Positions 25,446-38,200 of a stretch of 64,000 nt of DNA are shown here, one piece after another (positions within the stretch are counted from its first letter, which is position 1; each line of letters begins with the position of its first letter). The notes beneath the pieces are model-generated. The model was not told the DNA's origin, searched no databases, and saw only the letters and a program-made list of their open reading frames with translations. The translations under genes and the position numbers were made by a program. This stretch comes from Podarcis melisellensis (taxonomy: Eukaryota), in the NCBI GenBank assembly GCA_964234715.1, contig OZ174280.1; one strand, written 5' to 3'.

Positions 25446-25779
25446 TGCACACTGTGCTTTGGGGCGCCTCGAATCCACCGAGCTACACGAAGAACCGGGG
25501 GGGGGGACACAGAAAGTGCGCTCCACCTTCAATTTCTCCACTGGAGAGATTGGTATTGCTTCCCCGCCTCCTCGCGGCCAGGCTGGTAAAAGACGGAGAA
25601 ACGGCATACATTTAAATTCCGGGAATGTTTCACCTGTTGAACTTCCACCTGCCCCCCAAAACATTCCTAACGTTGCATTAAGCCGAACCTGGGGCTTCTT
25701 CCCTGCCTAGAAACCGCCTCGCGTGTTATAATCCTGCTCGGAAGGAGCCCCCGCTGTATTCAATAGCGCTTACTCCCAC

Positions 25780-26200
25780 GTAAACCGTACGACTATAGAC
25801 TTGGTCTTACCACGACTCCTCTTCTGGAGGCCCCTTCCACGACTCCAGCCAGACGCTGGTTCAGAAACCACGCGGAACGGCACAAAGCTACTTCCGGTTT
25901 CCGTGTATTTCCCCTTCCGGTTAGAGTGCCCCACCTCCCCCGCCCGCTCGCCATGCGACCAGGACGCCGTCTCCATAGCAACCAGCCTCGACTTCCTTTT
26001 TTCTGCTCTTTTTACCTTAAGGAGAGAGGTGGTCTGGGTAGTTAGGGAAGAGCAAGACCCGGGACCAGCAAGCAAAACGACTTGGCGGGTCGGGGCCCCA
26101 TCCCTGGGCGCCTGTTGGGGGAAGGAGCACGACAACCCCACCTGGGAAATCTTCCTGACGTTTCTTTCTCCTTTTCCAGCAAAGTTTGCTGAATCTCTGG
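25780..26200. promoter_or_regulatory. Bidirectional promoter EBNA1BP2(-)/CFAP57(+)
   Basis: CpG-rich. Tandem ETS/GABP-type sites ACTTCCGG 25890-25897 and CTTCCGG 25914-25920; GC box CCCCGCCC ~25938-25945; canonical X-box GTCTCCATAGCAAC 25969-25982. Confidence 0.8.
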
Positions 26201-26204
26201 CGCC

Positions 26205-29200
26205 ATGTCGGTGATTGTGGCGCAAGCCCTCCACATCTTTGGCTTCCAGTCTCGGGTGGCAAATAATATTTGCTTCTTCGATGAACAGATCATAGTGTAC
26301 CCTGCGGGGAATAGCTGTGTGAAATATCACATTGAGCAGAAATGGCAGAAGTTCATCCCAGGTAAATCAGCTTCCTCCTCTTCCTCCTCCCCACCCCGCT
26401 CTCCCATGTCCCTTCACTGCCAAGGCTGAAATTTAGGAAAGGAAGTGGGAAGGTGCAGCTACCCACCTAAAATATCAGTCTTCTAAATAGGCAAGGCCTT
26501 GTCTGCATTCCTAGCTGCTGACCCTTCCCTTTCAGATTTTAGACATGATACTTGTGCTATTTCTTACTAATAAAGTAGCCACCTGGGTTTAAATAGTTGC
26601 AGTGTTAAAGATTCAGGCTCGGAACCCACATATCACATTAAAGTTGGAAAGCATGGTTGAAGCTGGTAGAAAACTCAGTTTACACTGCCTCATGGTTTCC
26701 AAAAAATAATTACAGTATTTGTTTTTATATGCTTTCACAAGAATGTCGTTTACAGATCTGACACTTGGTTGCAAAGTGGCTTCTGCCCATTGTTATGTTC
26801 TGTCTAGATTTAGGTGAAAGATAAACATTTTCGCTTCTTGTTTATGCTGTTTTAAAATACAACTTCCCATTAGGTGTATATTTTAGAGATTCATTCATTC
26901 TTACATTCAAGCATTGCTGACCAATTCATCTGAGTATCCTTGGAATGTTTTTGTATAAACTGCTTAGATATTGATTATATTAAGTGGTATTAAAATGTCA
27001 TAAATAAACAAAACAGATGTTCAGGAAACTATGGTTTAGTATCCTGTGAATGAACCTGAGTGAGGTTTTTAAGCAGAGGTTGAATGGCCACCTGTCATGT
27101 TATTGTTTATTGAAACAAGCCAAGTTTGTAAACCAATGTTTGAAGCTTGGCTTGTTTTAGTAAAGGAGAAAAGTGACTGCAATCCCCTCTCTGAGAACCT
27201 GCATGGTCACACATTCATGCTAATACATAGATTCAACTATGCTAATACATAGTTTGGCTTAATGTTATGTGTGAACTGAGCCAGTGTCTCTACAACAATG
27301 AAATTATTGGGATTTCAGTTTCCTGGATTATCATCTCTATAATCATCTCAGTAATATGTAGTTATTTTCTGAAGTCTTTGAAAAATGTTGAAGCCCACAT
27401 GGGCAACCTTGATATTGGACTTGGCTCCTGAAAATGTAATGTTCCTACATGAAGCTCACATAAGCTTTTTCTCTGTGCTTTATAGGCTCAGAAAAGAGCC
27501 AAGGGATGCTAGCCCTGGCAATTAGTCCAAATCGACGCTATCTGGCTATTTCAGAGATACTGCAGGATAAACCTACCATCACAATCTATGAACTGTCATC
27601 TGTCCCATGCAAGAAGCGGAAGATCTTGAACAGTTTTGATTTTGCGGTCCAAGAATTTATTAGTGTAGCTTTTTCCCCTGATTCCAAATATCTAGTGGCA
27701 CAGACAGGACCTCCAGAATCAAACCTTGCCTACTGGATGTGGGAAAAGCAAAGAACAATGGCAATTATCAAGGTTGATGTCCAGAACAATCCTCTTTATC
27801 AGGTAACATAGAAGAGAAGCACCACATGCAGCAGTATAGTACTTGGGTACATGAGGTAATTATCACCACTTGTCATTGCCTCAAAGAGAGAGGCTCTGCC
27901 TCCACCATTGGAGACCTCAGTGAGAAAAGTTGCCATATGGAGATAGACTCAGTGTGAAATCTCAGATCTTCTGTTCACATTCACACATTTACATATACGT
28001 CTGAGACACAGAACTTGCATGATTGAATGGGTATATAAGCATTGCAGCTCTGCAATTATACTTTTGTCTTTTTCTTGACCCTGGTGGTTAAGGTGTATGG
28101 AGTGTCAGGGGAGGGGTAGTACTTCTGGTGGGGAACATATTGTGCTCCTTCTGAGGTAGTTTGTCTACCTTTGGTCCCCACCCTGTCACCTCTGGCTCCT
28201 AGAAGCCGTCAGCATGTCATAGCAGCCACGCCCTGGGAAATGTCTTCAACTGGCTGGCTAAACCAGGTGATGGATCTCAAAAGCTTGGTCAGGTAGGAGC
28301 TTCCTCTGTATGTGAAGACAGGTTAGAGCAGATGAGACCAATAGTGGGTCCTACAGTCAATAATGTGTTTTCTGCACATGCTGTAGAGGGAAATGAGGGG
28401 CAGATGGGATTTGTCAACCTGGGAAAGTAGCCCATCTAGGAGATCTTAAACCTCTGCTGCCTTTTGGGTGGTATTTTTGGGTGAAGAAAAGGCTAAGGAG
28501 TAAACCCTACACAAATCCAGGGTGGAGTCTCTAAGATGGTTGTATGGCACTTTGTGCTTCTCATTCTGGCAACTCCTTCAGCCAGGCTGGTGCCAAACGT
28601 ATTGCTCTGCTTTTCTTTGAACCACATCAGTAAGACCAAGAAGGGGATCTTGTTTGGGCAGCCCAGGACCTCCATACACACTGTCCAGGCTTGTGCCCTG
28701 GGGAGGTCACTTCAGTGCTGTTAACACAGCAGTTTGACTTCACCCCTGAAGGCGCACTCCATTTTCTCTTGTCTCAACAAGTGGTTGAGAATTGTACTGC
28801 AGTGTAACATCCTTATTTATTTCACAAACTGTGTGTCCTAAACGTGGCTCCTAGCTAGAGTCAAGTTTCTTATTTAGGTTGCTTAGGCAGAACTGTGCAG
28901 TTACACAGAAGGGCGAGACAAATTCCCTACTCCTTGTTTTATCATGGAGGCCTTTTTTCTGAAGTATTATGTTTAAATATTTATTATTTTTGTTCCTGTT
29001 TGTTTCCTTTATTTTTACACATTTTATATTGTAACACTCTGGTGACCTTTGCTCTTAATTTTTTTAATCAATTGTTCATGTTGCTTATCAAGTAATCATT
29101 TATTATATGTTGCTTTCCTTTCCAGGTGAGCTTCAATCCACAGGATAACACCCAAGTCTGTGTTACAGGATATGGCATTTTTAAGCTATTTAGATACACA

Positions 29201-32200
29201 GAAGGAACCTTAAAACAGACCAACTTCTTGCGAGGGGAACCTCAAAACTACCTGTCTCATGCCTGGCTTTCTGAAGAGAAGGTGATTGTGGGCACTGACA
29301 CAGGCAAGATCTACTTATTTGACTCCGGTGATCTTCGCTGGGAGACAAGTATTGAGCGCAAAGAGATAGTCTCTGAAGTAGATAAGGAGGAACCACAGCA
29401 GGATTCAGAGAGGTGAGACTGCCTTCAAACTATTGACACTAGAGTGGTCAATGTGCTCCAGCAGATAATGTGTTTTACTATGATCTACAAATGGTATCAT
29501 GGTCATGACTGTATTGCCTCTCTGAGAAAAGTTATTGCCTCTGAGGCAGCTCTCAGGCTTGAAAAGGTTGTCCACCCATTTTATACATACTTTCCAGAAT
29601 GTGAGTCCCATTGAACGCAGTGGGACTTAACTTCTGCATAGACATGCACAGGATTGTACCGTTTGTCCCACTGTCATATGGGACTAATCATGATCTGCCA
29701 CACTTGTTGGAGGATGAATAACTGAAATTTATAAGATATTGTTTAAAAGCTTGTGTAAAGTGCTAATTAAATTTAAGAAGCATGCTTAGGATTGGAGTGT
29801 TAGGCTTTGTATACATTACTGGCTCAAAATGCAGCAAGGTCATTGCCCCTCTGCTGCATGTTGAATTGCATAGGCATGCCCTTGTATACCTCAGTACAGT
29901 TGGATGTGTTTCCAAGTCACATGCCGTCTGCCCACATCAGTGGGCAGAGGGGGACATGGTGCATTCATGGGTGCATTCAATCCAGATTGACACTGGATTG
30001 AGGCAAGAAACATGAAAACACAGTATTTCACAAACAACTACAGGACAGAGGTCGATTGTGGCTAACATTGCATGGACATGGCTTCAGAAACCAGTAGTGA
30101 GAGTGCACTGAATGCAGAGTAAATGTGAGTGTGTGCACAGCTTTAGTATCTTCCCTAAACCCTTCAGCATGCTGACTTCGAAATGTTATACCAAGTTCAA
30201 TGAGACGTATGTCCTAATATATGTGTACAAAATTTCAGATAAGGGAAACTTTATGTTGATACTAGGACTATGTGGTGTCTCTGAAATGGAAAAAAACAAG
30301 TTTAAAATGAACAACAATCATTTTTTTATGCCTCGTGCAACTGACATGTGGAACTTGTTAGACTTCTCTGTTTGTTCCTGATTGATTGATTGATTGATTG
30401 ATTTCTTTTTAAAGCCTTATTGAGTTTCCTGCTCACAATTCCCCTGAGATTTCCACTGAGGTGGTTTGTGAAACCGAAGCACAGCAGCAAGCATTTTTAC
30501 CTCGGGTCTCTGCTATTGCTGCATATTCCAAGGGATTTGCTTGTTCAGCTGGTCCCGGGATTGTTCTACTGTTTGAAAAGTCAGATGAGAAGGAAGGTTA
30601 CAGAGAAAGCCGAGAGATACGGGTAGGTAAGATGTCTGAGACATGGAATGCTTGATTTATCGCATAGCTCACCAACAATATAAATGTTGGAGGCAAAAGG
30701 AGGAGATTCAGCAGAAGTAGAACCCACACTGCGCCAGACACCACTCAACCCCAGCCGCAGGTAGGAGACAAACACATGATGAGGCATTTGCTGATCCCCA
30801 ACCAACAGACCCAGCCATATCAATGAGATCCAAGGTGGCTAAATGACAAACCCTACCTTGTGGTGCATCACAAGTCTTGCATACAGGAGGCCTCAGGTTC
30901 AGGCTTTGGATATGATATTGTGAGAACTGCTGGAGAAAGTCCTCACACACCTACAGATGCCAAAGGCAATCAGGGGAAGCATTCACATTCCAGTTGGCTG
31001 CTCTCACACACCCAGGTTGCTGTTTGCATCTTGCAGCCACCACTATCATCCCACCTTGCTGTACTTGTTCCCTGCTCTGCTTGTTTAATTGATTGCCAGT
31101 CCTGCAGGTTATTGCTGCAGCAGACCTTGTTATTTGCCCACCCTATGCCGTCTGAATTATCATTGTAGCAGTAGTGAGCTTGTGGGCTGCATGGAGCCTG
31201 CCCCCACCCTTCACTGGAGCTCATAGATGGAAGAGAATGTTGCTGAGTCATAGTAGCAAAAATGGAGTACATGGTTCCAGCTAAACAGCCCATTCTCCAT
31301 CCCCAGCTCCAGCCCCCTCCACCCTACAGAGGGTTCTGATGAGCTAAGAAAGAGCCTTGAATAAGAGATTGTGTTGACTGTAATCTTCATTAGCCCTTAT
31401 GAATCATGGGGTGGGGAAATCCTTGCAGCAGCTGCAGTGATGAGATCATCAGGATGACGCTAGGTGGCAGCAGTGAGGTTGGGAGAGCTCCATGGTGGAA
31501 ATACCCTTGTAGGTGTGTACCTATCTGCAGGGCCAATGGCACAAACCCAATGCTTCCCCAACCTCACCACCACCACTTAATCCTGCTGCTGCTGGAAGGA
31601 CATCGCTGCCCCACTATTTCTTCTGCTCCACTGCCCAGGCTGATGGTGAGAGCTGTTCAGCAGTGGAACAGACCCCCACAAGAGGTCTCCTTCCTTGGAC
31701 GTTTTTAAGCAGGGGTTGGATGGCCATCTGTCATGGATGCTTCAGCAGAGATTCTTGCATTGCAGGGGGTTGGACTAGATGACCCTTGGGTCTCTTCCAA
31801 CTCTAAGATTCTATGATCCCTCAAAACACAAGGGCTGAAGAGCGTTTGACAATGTAAGGTAGGGGTGGATATTATGTTCATTTCAAAATTTTCTTTTATA
31901 TCCCCTATTTTACCAGCATAACATTGTGAGCACAGGGGTCAGAATTGGGGTTAAGGCAATTTAGGTTATGGACTAAGCCCTCTCTGCCCTGGAACTGCCC
32001 ATTTTTGGTCCATGTGCCATTTTGGCTCTGTGCTTTTAAAGGTGAAAATCTTTATTAAGATAATCTTGCTGCCATTGTTTATGGAATATTATCTATTACT
32101 CTGCTGCAAAACCGGACTAGAAAGTATGTATCTAGGAAAGTGGTTAACTAAGCTGCTTTATTTCATAGATTCCACAAGACCAGTGCAGCAATGATCCAAA

Positions 32201-35200
32201 CCAGTCAGACAAACAGGATGTTGTGTGTATTGCCTTCAGTCCTGCAGAGGAAACACTTCTGATCAGCACAACTAAGAATCAGCTCTATCTCCTCTCCATA
32301 TCAGCAGCTGAGATAAGCAAGGTGAGTTCATTAAGAGCACTGTGTTCTGAGCAACAACTTGGAAATGTGGTGTTCAAAGTAATTTTATATTCTTGTGCTG
32401 CAAAGAACAGAACAAAAACAAGAAACCAAGACAGTTTGGTAATATGACTGCATCAAATCAATTACTCAGCAACCCTTAAAAAAGGAGAACCAGCAACATA
32501 AAGAATACTCTCAATTGCACAGTTCCTTCACCAGTCATGATATCACCACTGAATAACTCCTATAGCAACTTCACATTGAAAGCACCAATAACCATGCAGC
32601 AATATCATGACCACACAACTCACGGCACTTAGGCCTTTCATTGGTATTTCCATCTGGACCATAGCCAGTATCAATTTATGGATATAGAGAGTGGCAGCCT
32701 TTCCTGTTGCAACCTCCTTTGCCCTGGTGCATAGACGTGTTGGTGCAATCGTCATCAAAACAATTCAAAATGTCATTGTTCCAGTTACAGATAGGTAGCC
32801 GTGTTGGTCTGCCATAGTCAAAACAAAAATATTCCTTCCAGTAGCACCTTAAAGACCAACTAAGTTAGTTCTTGGTATGAGCTTTCGTGTGCATGCACAC
32901 TTCTTCAGATACACTGAAACTGGGTCTGGTAACTTCTGTTTCAGTGTATTTTTCAAAATCTCATGTTCTCCTGCGAGACAGCAAGGACACATTTCAGCTA
33001 TCTTAAATACCTCTTGCGGAAAATCTCCCCAAGATTTGTAAGGTCTGTTCTCCAGTCAAATTTCCAGTAGTGGCTGTTTCTGTTTGGACCTCTTCAGAGT
33101 ACTTTTCTATAGTCACTGGTTTACTTCTCTACAAATGCCCTATTTGTCACTAGACTTTCCAGTGCTTTGATAAATTTAGTACATATCAAATGCCTCCTTT
33201 TTGCTATGGAGAGAAGTTCAGTGTTGCCTGGTGTTACACCATCACATGAGCAGCTCTAGCTAACATGTTTGTGATATTTCACTAGGGGGAGACAGCTCAC
33301 TTTGAATACCTGAACCACCCAATACATTCTTCTTCCATTACTGGCTTGGATACCTGCATTCGCAAGCCCCTCGTTGCTACCTGTTCACTGGACAAATCTG
33401 TCCGCATCTGGAATTATGAAAACAAGTAAGGGGACATGATCTGTTGCACAGCCTTTTGATTTGTACTCAGACTATGAATTGTACTCAGACCATGAGTGAG
33501 TGGCAATTCACTACAGAGCCCCAGGCAATCATCAGGGCAAGTCTCAATCCTATTCTGATAAATAGAAACTGCTTATATTTACTCAGAGAACAAAATAATA
33601 TTAAGAGAGGGTGGTTGCTCTAGAAATCAGTTGATAGGCAAGGTTCAGATACATAATTGTACTTTTTCATGGGACTCCTGTGTATGTAATAGAAGCATAA
33701 CCCTAGTTCTAAATGCAGAAAAAATCATTAAAAATCTGGAGCTATCAAAATTAGAAAGCCTATTTTATCAACTTTAGGTTTTAAAAATGGCAATTTTATT
33801 GTTATTTCTGGTTATAAATTGATTCTCATGTGATGCTGAATTAAATTGGTTGCCTGACAGTATGAACTGCCTGTCATGTGAAAAAATATTTTTGCTGCCC
33901 TGATGTATGCATTGAAAGGGACTGGTATAAAGGTGTCAAGTTGTCTGTGTTCCCCTTTGTTCACTGTTGCCCAGCATTTGACCTTCTTGGGGGAACTGTG
34001 ACCAAAAATAGCACTGGGTACAACTTAGTTGCACAGAAGCGTGGTCTGTGCTTTGATTGCAATGGTTGCTCTTGCTGCAGCACACTGGACCTGTACAAGG
34101 AATACCAAGAAGAGGCATATGCACTTTCCCTTCACCCTAGTGGGCTGTATGTGTTGGTTGGTTTTGCTGACAAACTCCGACTTATGAATCTGCTTATTGA
34201 TGACATCCGAACTTTCAAGGACTTCACTGTACGAGGGTGCAGAGAGGTGAGCAGTGCAGGGGAAAGAACTGGTGGAGGAGCTTGAATGGGGAACACCAGA
34301 TTGGGTGGTGGCACAGGCATTTTATGACTAGTAAGTTGTGTTACCACGTTTGCTTGGAACAGGTCTCTCCCTACACATTGACAGACTATTTTTCTGTGTT
34401 CAGGAAATAACCCATACCAGAACACAATTTCTGGGGGAGATTTTGCTCAAATATGCCAGAGGAATTTCCCCACATTCTGCTGGAATACAGAGTAGGGTGT
34501 GATTCCAAAAGGGTGATTTCCAGGTACATACAAAAAGACTATTGCCTTCTTCCTATGGAATAAGGAGAGTCTTCGAGTTAGGTAGAGTTTAGGATACTTC
34601 TTGTACAGACACCTGAAGTCTCAGGGTTCTCTGTTGCGAATCAATTAGGCTAGGATTTGAAGGAAGATTCAACATTTAAGCATTTCAGAAGGTCTTATGC
34701 CAGTATAGAGTGGTACCTCCAGTTACGAATGGGATCCGTTCCGGAGGCCCGGCTGTATCCTGAAATCTTTGTAGCCAGAGGCTACCTTCTGCACACGCAG
34801 CGCGATTGAGCGCTTCTGCACACACACGGTGTGTAGAGCACTTCTGCGCATGCACGCGCAGCGAAACCTGGAAGTATACATTTCCGAGTTTGCCGTGTTC
34901 ACAACCCTAAAGTTACGTTACCCAAAGGTATACATCCACTGTATAGTGTGCGGACACTCCCTTTTCCATTTCAATAGAGTTCAGTGGGACCCTCAAGTAA
35001 CTTTGTCCTAGTTTGGTACGTCCTTAATAGGTCACTTTCCCAGACAAAATCTGGAGCCAAAGGAGGAGCACAAAATAGTAGAATACCACTCTCTGACAAC
35101 AGATGCATCTGGTTGTGATGAAGGATGATTAGAGGCTGTTTTCTGCATGGCCTCCAAATTATGGATATCTGGTACCTTCACAAAGAGGTTACCTATGTGA

Positions 35201-38200
35201 AGTCTCATTGCTTCATGCTGTCTCCTGCTTCTGTCTACAGTGTGCCTTCAGTACAGGAGGTCATCTGTTTGCAGCAGTAAATGGAAATGTGATTCACATT
35301 TATTCTGCCATAAGTTTTGAAAACATCATTAACTTGAAAGGACACAATGGGAAGGTCAGTAAGTGATACCTACAATACAAGTAAAATAGTACATTAAACT
35401 GAATATATTTGAAATGCCAAAAGAACAGGATTTCTCAAGAAGCTGGTTTTGAGGCTCTGCCTATGATTGAATTATTTTTTTTTATTACAAAGGCACTAGA
35501 AACTAAAGAATAGGAGTGAAGGATTAAAAATACTCCAAGGTGCTCCTGAGTATAGTTCTCTGGCAGTGCAGATATAATTTGGATCACTTTTTACGAAGAG
35601 TGGAATCAGCTTTCTCCTCTGTTATGTGAAATAGCTTAGGTTAAAAGAAAGCCAGCATTTTTACAGTACTTTGTAATCCTATACACACGTAGCTGGGAGT
35701 AAGACCAACTGAACTCAGTGGGACTTACGGTACTACAGATTTTAATAGGAATGTGCTTAAATTTCTCTTGCTGAAATAGTAGGGCTTAAAAGTACTTTTG
35801 TTTGTCTGGGCTCGGCTTATCAAGAAAACAGATATATTATTTAATGTTTGTTTACTGAATTGCCAACAACCTGTTAAATGACTGTGGAGACGACATTCCC
35901 TCCAACCTCCCTTGCTGTAATTGGCCTCCCAAATATCAGTGCAAAAAAGACTTGAAATACCCTGAATTTAAGAACTTTGACCCAATGAATTTTAAGGAGC
36001 AAGTGGATTCCTCTGGAACTGTCATCAGCCCTGCTTTGATGCCCTAGTGATCACAAATAGGTAAATTCCAAGCTCATGAAATGTTTTGAGATAGCTCCAT
36101 AAGTTCCACCCATGATTACCTACAGCAGTTCAGTGCCCTCTTATCTCACCATTTTGTGCTCGTGATTCCAATTTATAGTGAAAGAAGCTGAAGCTTTGCT
36201 AAGGAAAGCAAGGGAACTATCTGGGATGGAATGAGATAAGACTTATTAGCGATAAGGGAAAAGGTTAAACAGAATAAAGCAAGTTTGTAAACAGCCACTC
36301 TTATGTGATGAGAATTGCCTCCAGGCAACTAGGCAGATAATTTATTATAATTTGGGAGAGTTTCATAAATAATTTTATAATTGACTCCAGTATTTATAAA
36401 CATTTTTAAGTTACTACAATATACACGAGAGCAAGGTGAATGTGAAAATGAAGTGAATACCTTTTTAACTGAGTTATTAGAAATATGTATGGGTTCAAAA
36501 ACTACAGAGCCTGTTTTTTGTTATTCACTTTTTATTGATTTGTCAAAAAAGGCATAGAACTTTGAGCAGGGGAGGACAAAACCTGAGGAGCAACAAGGAC
36601 AGATGGTAATCTGCAGGCCTTTCCTTGCCACTGGCTATTAGCTATGATGTGTTTGGAGACCAAATGTGTAAGCTGTTATAACTCGGAATTCAGTTCATGA
36701 ACATAATTCCAGACCCTCTTAGCCTGACCTGCTGGATTATAATGGGAATCTTTATCTTAACTGCTTACAGGTAAACTGTGAGCACAAAGGACACAGGGTG
36801 AAAAGGGGCTGTGTTCTGTGAGTTTCTTATGTAAAAGGTTTGATGCAATGACACCAAGTAAACAGGCACAGTACCAAGCAGCAACCTGTCTCTTGTGCCT
36901 AAGTAAGGATTGCCTGAGCATTCTATATATATTCTCACTCGCCCCTCCAGGTACGCGCAGTGGCGTGGAGCATGGATGACTATAAACTGGTCTCCTGTGG
37001 CACAGATGGGGCAGTATATGAATGGAACCTCCAGAATGGCAAGAGAGAATCCGAGTGTGTGCTCAAGTCCTGCAGCTACAATGGAGTGGCAATATCACCC
37101 GATGCAAAAGTCATATTTGCTGTCGGATCTGATCATAGCATCAAGGAGATCTGTGATTCTGCGGTGAGCTCATGTGCGGACACTTATGGAGCTGATCAAA
37201 GTGCAGCAAACAATGCAGAAGAAAGTGAAGCTCAGTGAACCCAGTGCTGTAGCCAGTGGCGGAGCTTCATACTCCAGCAATGGGGGGCGGAGAGCAGGTG
37301 GGGGCAGGGCACACCGCCTGCAGGGGCGGGGTGCCCAGCTGGGGCAGGGGGGGCAGCCGCAATGGCACCCTACTGGGATTGCACTGCTGGGGGCGTTGCA
37401 CTCCCCCCGCACTCCTCTTCCTCCGCCAGTAGCTGTGGCTTGCAGTCCCATCCCCCCCTCCAGCTTTTAACACCAGTGGTTGCCTATCCCATGTAGTGAC
37501 AGTTGTGTTCATAGTTTCCTCCTTCTTCTCTATAAGAGTATAGCCATCTATGGAATCTATACCTTGCCTTGGTTGCCAAAAATTGTGGGTTTCTTCCCAG
37601 TTATGAAGTTGAGAGGGGAATTCATGACTCTTGAGGCGTTGAGAGGATAACAGGACATTCACAGTGGAGAGAACAAATGATGGAGTTGTGTATCCTCTGC
37701 CACTTTCCAGTGCAAATTTAATCCTTGCTGAGTGACTTGCTAAAAGCACGGTGGGTGTCCTTTCTTTCAGATACTGCGAGAAGTGCCCACTTTTGAAGTT
37801 GCCTACACTTTCATAGTGGTATCTCATTCTGGACGCATGGTGTTCGCCGGAACCTCTGCAGGGACCATTCGGTCCATGAAATACCCACTACCTGTGCACA
37901 AGGAATACAATGAATACCAAGCCCATGCTGGTCCAGTCACCAAGGTAAAGGCCAAGTCAGTCTCCAGGTCAACTTAATTGCCAAGCCTTTATTTATCCCT
38001 TCTTTTTCTGAGTCTGCAGCAACAAATAATGAAAGGAGGCACACCTTAAATAACGCAATGAGCCACAAATGGGCATATCTAAATATGATATATTTATTGT
38101 GTGTCAAAGTAGCTTAATAAGAATGACAATAGACAACAGAGTCTCTAATCACAGTAATGGGGAAAATAATGAGAATGAGTTCTACCTAAACAGTACACCC

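Noticed and set aside
25770-26330. 186-aa and 137-aa ORFs across the EBNA1BP2/CFAP57 promoter
   Set aside because: Stop-poor CpG island, partly antisense to CFAP57 exon 1; no homology recognised.
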